Made by a program: the position numbers and the translations under genes
UHGV virus genome: UHGV-0198113
Source of the DNA: a virus
Strand: one strand, 5' to 3'
Length of the DNA stretch: 39,138 nucleotides
Part shown: positions 27,326 to 35,683 of the stretch, one piece after another
Layout of the letters: each line of letters opens with the position of its first letter
How positions within the stretch are numbered: position 1 is the first letter of the stretch
The notes under the pieces: generated by a model
Database searches by the model: none
Seen by the model: the letters and a program-made list of their open reading frames with translations, nothing else
What the model was told of the DNA's origin: nothing

Positions 27326-27769
27326 ATGGAAATTTATTTATTGAACGCATCCTCTAAAGTCGGTGAGCAACAAGCAAGTGACTTACTTAAATTACACTAC
27401 CGTTACTTAGACCACCAAGCTACGTTACTAAAAATCAAAATGGCCGTGCCGAAGTTAAATGCACGGCAGCTGATCGAGGGTAACTGCGTAGTTCTGGTGT
27501 ATCTGGACGGTGTGGCAGTAGGTTATTGCAGTTACCGGAATCGTAATGGTTCCCTCAAGATACGTTCACTGTATGTGTTGCCGGATTATCGACAGCGTGG
27601 CGTAATGAAAGAGATTTTTAAAGCAATCGCAGCCGATGAAGCTTTCAGCGAGATCGTTGTTGGCATGTATGCGAAGTGCAAAGAAGCAAAAGAATATTTC
27701 ATCCGACGCGGTTATCAAGCGGTTTACTCACGCGATCGTGAGTGGGTCGATTTTAGCAAATCATTCTAA
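27326..27769 (+). CDS. GNAT-family N-acetyltransferase (~147 aa)
   Basis: Track ORF 27320-27769 trimmed to ATG; motif A-like 'VLPDYRQRGVMKEIF' (Q/R-x-x-G-x-G/A). Confidence 0.7.
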   Translation: MEIYLLNASSKVGEQQASDLLKLHYRYLDHQATLLKIKMAVPKLNARQLIEGNCVVLVYLDGVAVGYCSYRNRNGSLKIRSLYVLPDYRQRGVMKEIFKAIAADEAFSEIVVGMYAKCKEAKEYFIRRGYQAVYSRDREWVDFSKSF

Positions 27770-27835
27770 AATAATAAAAGCTCTCTTGGCGTTCCTCACT
27801 ATGAGTGTGAGAAATTTACGTCAGGAGAGCTATTT

Positions 27836-28081
27836 ATGTTAAAATCGTACGGAGTGGGTGGTTTGGATACGAGTATTTGTTGGAAAGAATACGAACGCGC
27901 CAAAGCGTTCTTACAACATCCCAACGTAGGAACAATCGGTAAGGTTTGTTTTGGTAAACCTTCACTGACAGCTTCTATCCAAGGGGCTTTAGGAACGTTG
28001 CCACCCGAAACACATTTCGAGCCTGAGGAGAATATGAATGTTCACAGAGAATCCGTCAGTTTACGGTCTACCACTGGATGA
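27836..28081 (+). CDS. hypothetical protein (81 aa)
   Basis: Track ORF; AGGAGAG RBS 6 nt upstream. Confidence 0.55.
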   Translation: MLKSYGVGGLDTSICWKEYERAKAFLQHPNVGTIGKVCFGKPSLTASIQGALGTLPPETHFEPEENMNVHRESVSLRSTTG

Positions 28082-28406
28082 GTTTGACATTCTACAAATT
28101 TGTTATCAATGCGGCGATTTTGGTAACACACAAGTCACACGTTTAGTTAAGATGTTGGGCTACTTACCTGAAATCGAACTACCTTTTGTTAAACCCAGCT
28201 TAGTTCGTCGTGCATCATGTCGTGAAGCTTATCTGCTTTGGAAGCACAATATTGCTGTAGAGAAAGTCTGGGACCGCATGAACGATCATCAGTTCCGTGA
28301 ACAGGTTGTTCATACACTCAACTTAGCGTTGGCTATGCAACGCCTGGGTCTACAGCACGAAGGTTTAGAAACGGCAGTCAAACAGTGGATTAAGAAAAAT
28401 CAATGA
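28038..28406 (+). CDS. hypothetical protein (122 aa)
   Basis: Track ORF; GAGGAG RBS 8 nt upstream; start lies within the 3' end of the previous ORF in another frame. Confidence 0.6.
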   Translation: MFTENPSVYGLPLDEFDILQICYQCGDFGNTQVTRLVKMLGYLPEIELPFVKPSLVRRASCREAYLLWKHNIAVEKVWDRMNDHQFREQVVHTLNLALAMQRLGLQHEGLETAVKQWIKKNQ

Positions 28407-28493
28407 TGGGTAAAACATATATCGCCATACTCGTTGAGTTGTCGATCGGTGGTACACGTTTTAACACCGTCCATCAACTTCGAGTGAATCGTT

Positions 28494-28991
28494 ATGCTAA
28501 CGATACGTAAAGAATCTGAGATCGGCGGCGACCTTTTTAATGCACCTGAAGCTTATAAGGTCGTTACCATTAACTGCGTGGGCGCAATGGGTCGCGGTAT
28601 TGCTTTAGCCTGTCGAGAACGCTACCCTACGCTTTATCAGGATTATCGTAAACGTTGTCGCGAAAACGAAATCAGGATTGGAAATGTCTACGTTTATCCT
28701 GACGAAAAGTGTATCCTGCTCCCCACAAAAACACACTGGCGTCTAAAGTCCCAAGTTTCTTATGTTACTGCGGGTATTACCGCATTAGCAGATTGTGTTG
28801 AAAACCTGGACACCTCTGTTGCTATCCCTCCACTGGGAATGGCCAATGGTTGGTTACGTCCTTGGGAAAGACAAGAAATCTTTTTGTGGCTTTACGACAA
28901 ACTTGAAACAAGGAGACAACATCACACGTTATATCTACCCGATGCATTGTACCAAGAAGCTCGGTCTTTAATTCCAAACTCTTTTAAATAG
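28494..28991 (+). CDS. macrodomain protein, TARG1/OARD1/DarG-like (165 aa)
   Basis: Track ORF; 'GDLFNAPEAYKVVTINCVGAMGRGIALACRERYP' matches the TARG1-type macrodomain N-terminal signature (GDLF...H/NC...MGAGIA) as I recall it; downstream 'PTKTHW' and 'PPLGMANGWL' align with the Lys and G-x-G-x-D regions. Confidence 0.7.
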   Translation: MLTIRKESEIGGDLFNAPEAYKVVTINCVGAMGRGIALACRERYPTLYQDYRKRCRENEIRIGNVYVYPDEKCILLPTKTHWRLKSQVSYVTAGITALADCVENLDTSVAIPPLGMANGWLRPWERQEIFLWLYDKLETRRQHHTLYLPDALYQEARSLIPNSFK

Positions 28992-29091
28992 ATATTATCA
29001 TTAGGGCACACAACAAAGGAGTATTAGCTGTCCGCGCCGTCATTTCGTCTTACGGAATACGGAAATGTATAAATCCAACTGGAGAAGCAAA

Positions 29092-29790
29092 ATGTTTCGT
29101 ATCTTCTTTCTTTTACTGGTAACACTTTTCGCGTTTAACGCACAGGCGTCAACGTCAACGCCACAATCTAAGCATCATCGTGAGTTTGCACAAATCCAAC
29201 ATCGATTCGAAAAGGTCAGTCCTTTAATTGTGGAAATCTCCCGAAAGCAAGGCGTTGATCCTAAATTGATGGTTACGCTGATTTACCGTGAATCGCGTTT
29301 TGATCCTAAAGCTTACAATAAAAGCTCAAGAGCACACAGCCTGGTACAGATGGTTCCGAGTACCAAACGTAATTTGCTAAAGCTTTACGGAAAAGAATTA
29401 GGTCTTAGTCAGAACGCCGATTTGTACAATCCGCGTAATGCTGTTTTGCTGGCTGCCGCGTATATTAAGCATCTTGAAAAGGGGTTAACTAAACGACTCA
29501 AACGCAAGCCCACCATGGCTGAAGTTGCGTTAGCTTACCACTGGGGTGAAAGTGGTGCACACGCACGAATCAAAAGCAAATCTCGAGCAGCACAACGAGA
29601 AATGGCAGGGTTTATGAAAGACGCAGCATTTTACAGTGCGAAAATCGATGTACCTGCTGCTGTGGGCTCGGCTCCACGTCAGCTTGCGTTTGCGAAGAAG
29701 TCACCACGTCAGATTCAATTGGCGGAAGTCAGTAGAATTTGGGATACGATAAACACGAGTTTTCCAATCAATAGAGGAGTTGCCCTTTGA
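29092..29790 (+). CDS. exported lytic transglycosylase (SLT domain) with Sec signal peptide
   Basis: Track ORF 29065-29790; start moved to the ATG with GGAG RBS at -7 (29065 is an alternative). Signal 'MFRIFFLLLVTLFAFNAQA'; SLT signature 'RESRFDPKAYNKSSRAHSLVQMVPST' (catalytic E-S, Q-M/LMQ-type motif). Confidence 0.75.
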   Translation: MFRIFFLLLVTLFAFNAQASTSTPQSKHHREFAQIQHRFEKVSPLIVEISRKQGVDPKLMVTLIYRESRFDPKAYNKSSRAHSLVQMVPSTKRNLLKLYGKELGLSQNADLYNPRNAVLLAAAYIKHLEKGLTKRLKRKPTMAEVALAYHWGESGAHARIKSKSRAAQREMAGFMKDAAFYSAKIDVPAAVGSAPRQLAFAKKSPRQIQLAEVSRIWDTINTSFPINRGVAL

Positions 29791-30296
29791 GCATCGTTGT
29801 AACCGATTGGTATAAAGGCATTACAAAAGCCGCACAACTAACCGCGAAAGACGTTTACGCTATCGTCCGAAGCAGTATCGAAGACGAGATTAAATCGGAT
29901 GAAGATTTCGCTGAGAAGCACGAATTTTACGATGCTTTGCCTACTGCCTTCGGCGATGATCCCGAGAATGAGCAAGAGTTTGATTGGAACGTAAACTTAG
30001 CACTGCTCTGGATTTGTGGTCTACGGCCAACGGTAAAAGAAACCGAAGAAGGTAAAGTGTTGCTCTGGAACTATACGGGTCAGTATAACCGTGGGTTGGT
30101 CTTTAAGCAAGCGTATATGGATGCTACTGTAGAACTTCAGAATCTGTTACTTGGCGAAAACACCTACTGCCAACGTAGCTTCTTAACGATTCTGGAAAAA
30201 CTCGTAGCAACACACAAAGTCTGGCGTAAAACTGACGCCCCTGAACACATGTTCATTCTGGAATACGCGGTTATTCCAAACCAACCGTTCTTCTAA
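29787..30296 (+). CDS. hypothetical protein (169 aa), TTG start
   Basis: Track ORF; AGAGGAG RBS 9 nt upstream of TTG; overlaps the previous stop by 4 nt; start codon uncertain. Confidence 0.55.
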   Translation: MSIVVTDWYKGITKAAQLTAKDVYAIVRSSIEDEIKSDEDFAEKHEFYDALPTAFGDDPENEQEFDWNVNLALLWICGLRPTVKETEEGKVLLWNYTGQYNRGLVFKQAYMDATVELQNLLLGENTYCQRSFLTILEKLVATHKVWRKTDAPEHMFILEYAVIPNQPFF

Positions 30297-30300
30297 TCCC

Positions 30301-30340
30301 TACCCCTACTCTTAACGGAGTAGGGGTACTTTTATTTTCA
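30301..30340 (+). terminator. rho-independent terminator
   Basis: 11-bp perfect stem TACCCCTACTC/GAGTAGGGGTA, 6-nt loop, followed by CTTTTATTTTCATTT. Confidence 0.8.
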
Positions 30341-30360
30341 TTTCCTAAAGGAGCAAAAGC

Positions 30361-30840
30361 ATGATAAAATTTATTTGGCGTTATCCAACACGTTTTTGGT
30401 TTGTGGTACTTGAGTTGTTTATGATTCTTGCGGCGGTTACTTTCGTTAATGCGCCTGCTTCGCAGTTAACTATATTCTGTTTATTCGTAGCAATCCCTGT
30501 ATGGGTTATCGCAAAGATTATTAAGTTCTTCATGATTAGTTGGGCGAATTATACGTGCCCGTATAAACCTAAAGAAATCATGAACTGGTTAATGTACATT
30601 GAAGATCGCTTACCAGCGCAGCATAAAAGCCTGGGCTGGGAGTCGATGTTAGATATTGCGTTAGAAACTAATGCGAAATTCCCCGGTTCGAAGAATCCGT
30701 ATTTGTTACTGGCGGTTATTGTTGCGCAACAGAAACGTGCAGGCGATCGATGGTTGCCGGAAGAAGCAAAAGAGTATATCCGTAAACACCCAAAAGCTTT
30801 CTATTCAATAGGACAATGGCGTAATCTGCCACTATTTTAA
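30361..30840 (+). CDS. membrane protein with two N-terminal TM helices (159 aa); holin-like candidate
   Basis: Track ORF; AAGGAG RBS; TM segments 'FWFVVLELFMILAAVTFV' and 'LTIFCLFVAIPVWVIAKIIKFF'. Confidence 0.7.
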   Translation: MIKFIWRYPTRFWFVVLELFMILAAVTFVNAPASQLTIFCLFVAIPVWVIAKIIKFFMISWANYTCPYKPKEIMNWLMYIEDRLPAQHKSLGWESMLDIALETNAKFPGSKNPYLLLAVIVAQQKRAGDRWLPEEAKEYIRKHPKAFYSIGQWRNLPLF

Positions 30841-30893
30841 CTTTTTACAGAACCCTTAGTTGATTTGAATAAACCTAAAAGAGGACTATTAAA

Positions 30894-31829
30894 ATGACTT
30901 TTCCATCTGAAGTAATCTACGAACTGGCTAACACTCTGCGTCGTCACTATAATGGACATATGCTGCAATCCTGCATAGGTGAAACTGCTGACTTCCTGCG
31001 TGGCCATCTCCTGGGTAACAACCCGTCTTCGATTACACAGGAGACGGTTTTCCATATTGATCGTGCCACCAAAATTCTTCCAATTAGCGACGCCGTCGCA
31101 GTTCAAGAGGGCTATACATTCAACTTCTCTATGGGGATGCGTCATTCCTCTATTGCTATTAATCCCGTCTCGGGAAATGAACCGTCCTTCATGCTCAATC
31201 CGTTTCCTGCGAAGCACGGTAACTGGTTCGTTGTGGTAGAACAAGGCGTGAATCAGTACGAGGTTGTTGCGGCTCGCGACGAGTCGTTCTTTGACTTAGG
31301 GCAGATTTCTCGCCGCCAAGAAATTGCTCTTGACCTTCGTCAGGGCAATATCGGATTAAGTGGAAGCGTGGTCTATTTCATTCTGAGCAGTTGGGCACAT
31401 GTAAGTTATATCCTGAGTAAAGCTGATGTAACGTTCCACCCAATAGAGGTAGATTACCGCGCCGCGAAGAATGACGATCATGACGAAGAAGAACCGGTAC
31501 CTGGTGCAGAAGTTGCGGTTTGTGAAGACTACGACGATCTAAAATCCGTGTTTGTTAAACGTGACATCTTCGAATCTCTTAACCTGGATTTCCCTGGTGA
31601 CGAGAAAGAAATATCTGTCGCAGACCTGGTAGAAGCCCTGTGCCAGAAAGACCAGTCTAATGAAATCAGTGATGAAGAAGCTGAACTCTTCCAGGTTCAA
31701 CAACTTATCAGTAAAGTTATAGGTGGTCAAGAAATCGCCGACACCCTTATGGCTCTACCGCCGAAGAAACGTACGCAGAAATATATCCGCGAACTGGTTC
31801 TTAAAGCGCTAGGTCAAAAAGCAAAATAA
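30894..31829 (+). CDS. hypothetical protein (311 aa), acidic C-terminal half
   Basis: Track ORF; AGAGGA RBS. No motif recognised. Confidence 0.7.
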   Translation: MTFPSEVIYELANTLRRHYNGHMLQSCIGETADFLRGHLLGNNPSSITQETVFHIDRATKILPISDAVAVQEGYTFNFSMGMRHSSIAINPVSGNEPSFMLNPFPAKHGNWFVVVEQGVNQYEVVAARDESFFDLGQISRRQEIALDLRQGNIGLSGSVVYFILSSWAHVSYILSKADVTFHPIEVDYRAAKNDDHDEEEPVPGAEVAVCEDYDDLKSVFVKRDIFESLNLDFPGDEKEISVADLVEALCQKDQSNEISDEEAELFQVQQLISKVIGGQEIADTLMALPPKKRTQKYIRELVLKALGQKAK

Positions 31830-31832
31830 AAG

Positions 31833-31870
31833 TTACCCTACTCCTTCGGGAGTAGGGTAATTCTTTTTTT
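31833..31870. terminator. bidirectional rho-independent terminator with C(UUCG)G tetraloop
   Basis: 12-bp stem TTACCCTACTCC/GGAGTAGGGTAA, TTCG loop, T8 on plus and T-rich on minus; between convergent genes. Confidence 0.85.
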
Positions 31871-32492
31871 AGTTAACTAACCCGTTAGCTTTAAGAATCT
31901 CTAACATTTGGTTGTTTAACTCTTTTAATTTTTTGTTTTCTTCCGTTAATGCAGTCACCTGTTCACCTAATGGAATCGATTCACGAATTTTATTCTTTCG
32001 TGCCGCTTCCATCTGTAGGTGTTGTTCTTCCGTCACTTTCCCTTCATACTCGAGCGTCGTGACCTCAACTTTCGGATCAATCCCCAGTGTGTGGGTAAGT
32101 ATATCCGAAACGTCTTTGGTCATCGCCGACACATTCACGTAGTCTGGTACAAGCGCCAGATCAATCACCATCACGTTCCGCTGATACGTAATCCCAGACA
32201 GACCAGGATATGACTCCAGGTAAGTGTCGGGTATATACGCAACCTGTCCGTCGCGAGACTTAAACGTCAGAATGGATGCACTGACATTCGCATCTGCTAA
32301 ATATTCTTCACGACTCAGGCCGACTGGCTGGTAATACTCGTTATAAACGTCAATATTCTGACGTACTAAATCTGGGAAGGTACGTGACGCTTCTACTGTA
32401 TAAATGACCGTTTCGGATAAAGTAAAAGGTGTCTTTACTTTAAAAAGCCCTGTAGTGTTAACAGGGACCTGTAGTGGTAAGCGCGTGGCCAT
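31869..32492 (-). CDS. hypothetical protein (207 aa), C-terminal coiled-coil-like segment
   Basis: Track ORF; immediately downstream (3-nt gap) of the 457-aa gene on the minus strand. Confidence 0.7.
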   Translation of the reverse strand: MATRLPLQVPVNTTGLFKVKTPFTLSETVIYTVEASRTFPDLVRQNIDVYNEYYQPVGLSREEYLADANVSASILTFKSRDGQVAYIPDTYLESYPGLSGITYQRNVMVIDLALVPDYVNVSAMTKDVSDILTHTLGIDPKVEVTTLEYEGKVTEEQHLQMEAARKNKIRESIPLGEQVTALTEENKKLKELNNQMLEILKANGLVN

Positions 32493-32495
32493 TTA

Positions 32496-33869
32496 TTACT
32501 CCTCGTCTAACTCGGTGTACCATTTCGCTTTCCGAGACAGGATACGGTATTCTACGTTGTCGTATTCAAACACCCAGAAGTAGTTATCAGGGTCAGCTTC
32601 ATCGACCAATTTTACCACATCCAAACTAGTCTGATACGGATGGTACTCTTCTGCGGCAATTAACGCTTGGAAGAATAATGCCAACCATTCAGTCGTGGTT
32701 TTCGACATACGGGCAATATCCGGGTTAGTCGTCGCAATTAACGCATAATCCGGGATAGTTTCATGCAACGTTGCTTTACGCGTGTCATTCTCAGGACCAC
32801 TAATGACGACACAGTTTAGTGATTTATAAACCGTCGGTAGATCGGTTACATCCGTTGTAGGTTTACTAATTGTATTAGTATTTCTTTCTGTCACCGTCTG
32901 ATCTGACCATTCCCCAAACCGTGTAATGGCTTTGACCCAGAAATCATATGGAAGGATGGGGGAATAAAGTGCCGCCACATCTTCCTCATTGGGTATTCCA
33001 CGAATTTTCCACCCAGGAACAATTGTAAATTTCGTCGTGGTGAAAATTTCAGGAAATACTTTTACCCCAATCGGAACGGTAAAACTGGAGTTAGCGAGAA
33101 TGTGTTCTCGCAATGCCTGTTTTATTTTCGTTGGGTTTTTTCCTGCGCGTCCGTAGATAATAACCGACATTGGAACTACCAGCGTGGACTCGTAGTTTTC
33201 TTGATCGTGCCAAGTATAGTAGTTAGTTTGAATGGCGGTATATGGAAAACCCGCCATTAACTCGTTGATTTTCTTATGGTGTTCGGTAAGGTTAAACCCT
33301 TCCATTGCCTTTTCAACGACGGACTTGGTCGATAAGAATGTGTCGATTGGTGAAATCGGCATTTGTACCTCGATTTCAAAACCTGTGTAGTCTTGGTCGA
33401 AGTCTTCATCCGAGAACCAAACGATGATTTGGTTATTTACATCAGTTGCATCTTGTACTTGTTCTGCTGTTGCTTCAAACTTCCAGCTAACCCAACGTGG
33501 GAACCAGTTTCCGTTAGTCTGGATCATTGCACCAGATTGAACACCGGAAATGGTTGATTGGAATTGGCCTAATAACAGGCGCTGGAATTCAAGCTCGTCA
33601 TTTCTCAGATTCCCCAAGATCGCTTGCTGGTAAATCCATTGAGAAACGGTTAGAATATGATCAGAAAACTCGGCTGGTACAACAACCGTCTGTTTTTCTC
33701 GTTTAGACGTAAATGTCACCAATTGCACTTGCAAGTTGGCTTTAGTAAACGTCTGTTTACTCTTCGCGTACGAGAGGGTCAAATCAGACAGCTCGCCCAC
33801 CGGAGCGGTGACGCCGTCCTGATTGTCAAACAGAGCCGGTATCTGAATAAAACCTTGTAAGTCTAACAT
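32496..33869 (-). CDS. hypothetical protein (457 aa)
   Basis: Track ORF; start is 25 bp from the divergent plus-strand gene at 33895. Confidence 0.7.
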   Translation of the reverse strand: MLDLQGFIQIPALFDNQDGVTAPVGELSDLTLSYAKSKQTFTKANLQVQLVTFTSKREKQTVVVPAEFSDHILTVSQWIYQQAILGNLRNDELEFQRLLLGQFQSTISGVQSGAMIQTNGNWFPRWVSWKFEATAEQVQDATDVNNQIIVWFSDEDFDQDYTGFEIEVQMPISPIDTFLSTKSVVEKAMEGFNLTEHHKKINELMAGFPYTAIQTNYYTWHDQENYESTLVVPMSVIIYGRAGKNPTKIKQALREHILANSSFTVPIGVKVFPEIFTTTKFTIVPGWKIRGIPNEEDVAALYSPILPYDFWVKAITRFGEWSDQTVTERNTNTISKPTTDVTDLPTVYKSLNCVVISGPENDTRKATLHETIPDYALIATTNPDIARMSKTTTEWLALFFQALIAAEEYHPYQTSLDVVKLVDEADPDNYFWVFEYDNVEYRILSRKAKWYTELDEE

Positions 33870-33894
33870 AATTAAAAATACTCCGAGGTGAGCA

Positions 33895-34398
33895 ATGGGT
33901 TCATTTCTTAAAGTGCTTCCGTTCTTCCTTCAGATGTTAATGGAAGCATTTAAACCAGGAGAAGGAGAAAACGTATCAAGAGCAAGCAAGATAATGACTT
34001 TAATCATCACGATCTTGTTATCATATTCGGGCTTCGTCTCCTACGCGTATGTGCAACAATTTCACGCACTCGTTTCGGTGCAGTCTCATGACGCATATAT
34101 GACGCAGTCTTATCAAGAGATGAAACAAGATCGTGATAAGCTGAAAGAAGATAATGGCAAGTTATACGACAGACTCTTCGTTTGTCTCGGCCAGAAACCG
34201 CCATATGAAAGCACGTTCAACCCATCGAAAGAGAGCGGTTCGACGAAGGATCTGACGCCAACAAAACCAGAAACTCCTGTTAGTCCGGCTTCAACACCAG
34301 AACAACGCAAAGAAGCATCGGCGAGACCTGTGGGTAGTTTAGATGCAAACAGTTTTCGACAGGAGATTATAAAGACGCTAACGTCTGCTAAGGAGTGA
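33895..34398 (+). CDS. membrane-anchored protein with periplasmic coiled-coil-like and Pro/Thr-rich region (167 aa); i-spanin-like architecture
   Basis: Track ORF; GAGGTG RBS; single TM 'IMTLIITILLSYSGFVSYAYV' (res ~33-53) then 'SYQEMKQDRDKLKEDNGKLYDRL'. Confidence 0.65.
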   Translation: MGSFLKVLPFFLQMLMEAFKPGEGENVSRASKIMTLIITILLSYSGFVSYAYVQQFHALVSVQSHDAYMTQSYQEMKQDRDKLKEDNGKLYDRLFVCLGQKPPYESTFNPSKESGSTKDLTPTKPETPVSPASTPEQRKEASARPVGSLDANSFRQEIIKTLTSAKE

Positions 34399-34401
34399 TT
34401 G

Positions 34402-34857
34402 ATGAAAACGCTGTTATTCATCATGGTTGTATTCATGGGTTTGGTGAGTAATAGCTACGGCGAAGAGGTCAGACGGGCAGCTTATCGTCCATTGGAACCT
34501 CCTCCGACACCACCCATCATGGTGAATTGGAAAATTGACAAAGATGCAATGCGTGAGTATGTTGCAGACGTCAACACCTATGCTTATTACGTTTATGTCT
34601 ACACACGAAATTTAAATCAGCAAGCCGCTAAACGTGGCTGGAGCCCTCCGATGTTGGCTCCACTCTGCGAACGTTATGAGTTACCGAAATTACATGTTGT
34701 GCCTGAACGTTTATCACTCGATGAAAGTTCCTTAACGCCGCAAGAAATTAGTCGGGACTTATCACGAAAACTTAACAGTTTGTTGTGGAATTACCGTTCT
34801 GACCGTCAGACCTTACTCGATTCGTACAATCAATACTTGACGACGTGTTTGTACTGA
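34402..34857 (+). CDS. exported Pro-rich protein (~151 aa)
   Basis: Track ORF 34399-34857 trimmed to ATG 6 nt after AAGGAG; signal-like 'MKTLLFIMVVFMGLVSNSYG'; 'PLEPPPTPP'; no lipobox Cys. Confidence 0.65.
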   Translation: MKTLLFIMVVFMGLVSNSYGEEVRRAAYRPLEPPPTPPIMVNWKIDKDAMREYVADVNTYAYYVYVYTRNLNQQAAKRGWSPPMLAPLCERYELPKLHVVPERLSLDESSLTPQEISRDLSRKLNSLLWNYRSDRQTLLDSYNQYLTTCLY

Positions 34858-34861
34858 CACT

Positions 34862-34902
34862 CCCTCCTGTATCCTTCGGGATACAGGAGGGTCTTTCTTT
34901 TT
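34862..34902 (+). terminator. rho-independent terminator with C(UUCG)G tetraloop
   Basis: 13-bp stem CCCTCCTGTATCC/GGATACAGGAGGG, TTCG loop, followed by TCTTTCTTTTT. Confidence 0.85.
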
Positions 34903-34946
34903 AACGTTTACCGCTATTTTAATGTATACTGACAGGAGACTTTAAC

Positions 34947-35681
34947 ATGACTTATCCAAAAATCGTTCAGCCGTATACCCCAACTCTGGTTATTGGTGCT
35001 GATGCAGAAACCAAATCATTACGTCCTGATGCTTATTTGTTAAGCGCGGGATTAGTGGCTTTTGACGTCCCTACGTTGAAAATGGTGGGGTCCTCGTATA
35101 TTCGTATCGACCCTAACGATCCTAAAGCAAAAGCAATTTTCCACGAAGACCCGCAAACTGTTGGATGGTGGGAAGGTAAAGGTGAACCAGAATACGCACC
35201 GTCTCGTGAAGCGTATGAAGAAGCCTGGGGTGGGACGACAGCGTTGCCTGATGCGTTGTGGGCAATGCAGAAGTGGCTCGGAGAAATCACCGCAAAACAC
35301 GAATTTGTTATTACCATGCGCGGCCCTGATTTCGATGCGCCGATTTTCATGAACGCGTTTGCACAATGCGATATTCCACCAGGGAAATTCCGTAAGTTCA
35401 GTGCACTGGATAGCGATCGTACCGCAGAACGTTTAGCATTTGCGTTTGGTTTCGAGCCTGATTTAACCGTAGAGCAAGTTTACTGGACACGCGGTAAACC
35501 GGCTTTTGAACACCACGCTATGTGGGATGCGGCAAAAGAAGCCTACACCACGGCACGTATTTATCACCTCGCTTTGGTCACCCGTGAATACGGGTTTGAA
35601 CGTGCCAAAGCCTGTCACGAAGAACTGAAAACCGGCGAGTATATTGCGCCACAGATTCGTGATCAATTAACCAGGGATTAA
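34947..35681 (+). CDS. DEDDh-type (DnaQ-like) 3'-5' exonuclease (244 aa)
   Basis: Track ORF; GGAG RBS; Exo I 'LVIGADAET', Exo II 'RGPDFDAPIF', Exo III 'EHHAMWDAAKEAY' (H-x4-D). Confidence 0.7.
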   Translation: MTYPKIVQPYTPTLVIGADAETKSLRPDAYLLSAGLVAFDVPTLKMVGSSYIRIDPNDPKAKAIFHEDPQTVGWWEGKGEPEYAPSREAYEEAWGGTTALPDALWAMQKWLGEITAKHEFVITMRGPDFDAPIFMNAFAQCDIPPGKFRKFSALDSDRTAERLAFAFGFEPDLTVEQVYWTRGKPAFEHHAMWDAAKEAYTTARIYHLALVTREYGFERAKACHEELKTGEYIAPQIRDQLTRD

Positions 35682-35683
35682 GA

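Noticed and set aside
30837-31244. 135-aa minus-strand ORF (and 30979-31239 plus) overlapping 30894-31829
   Set aside because: Overlaps a longer gene with a good RBS on the co-directional strand of this block; no independent support.
34901-34930. Sigma70-like promoter (TTAACG - 18 nt - TATACT) upstream of the exonuclease gene
   Set aside because: The predicted transcription start would fall within or after the Shine-Dalgarno sequence of the downstream gene, so the call is not self-consistent.
35033-35366. Two ~105-aa minus-strand ORFs antisense to the DEDDh exonuclease gene
   Set aside because: Antisense to a motif-supported gene; Cys/Arg-rich translations typical of out-of-frame reading.
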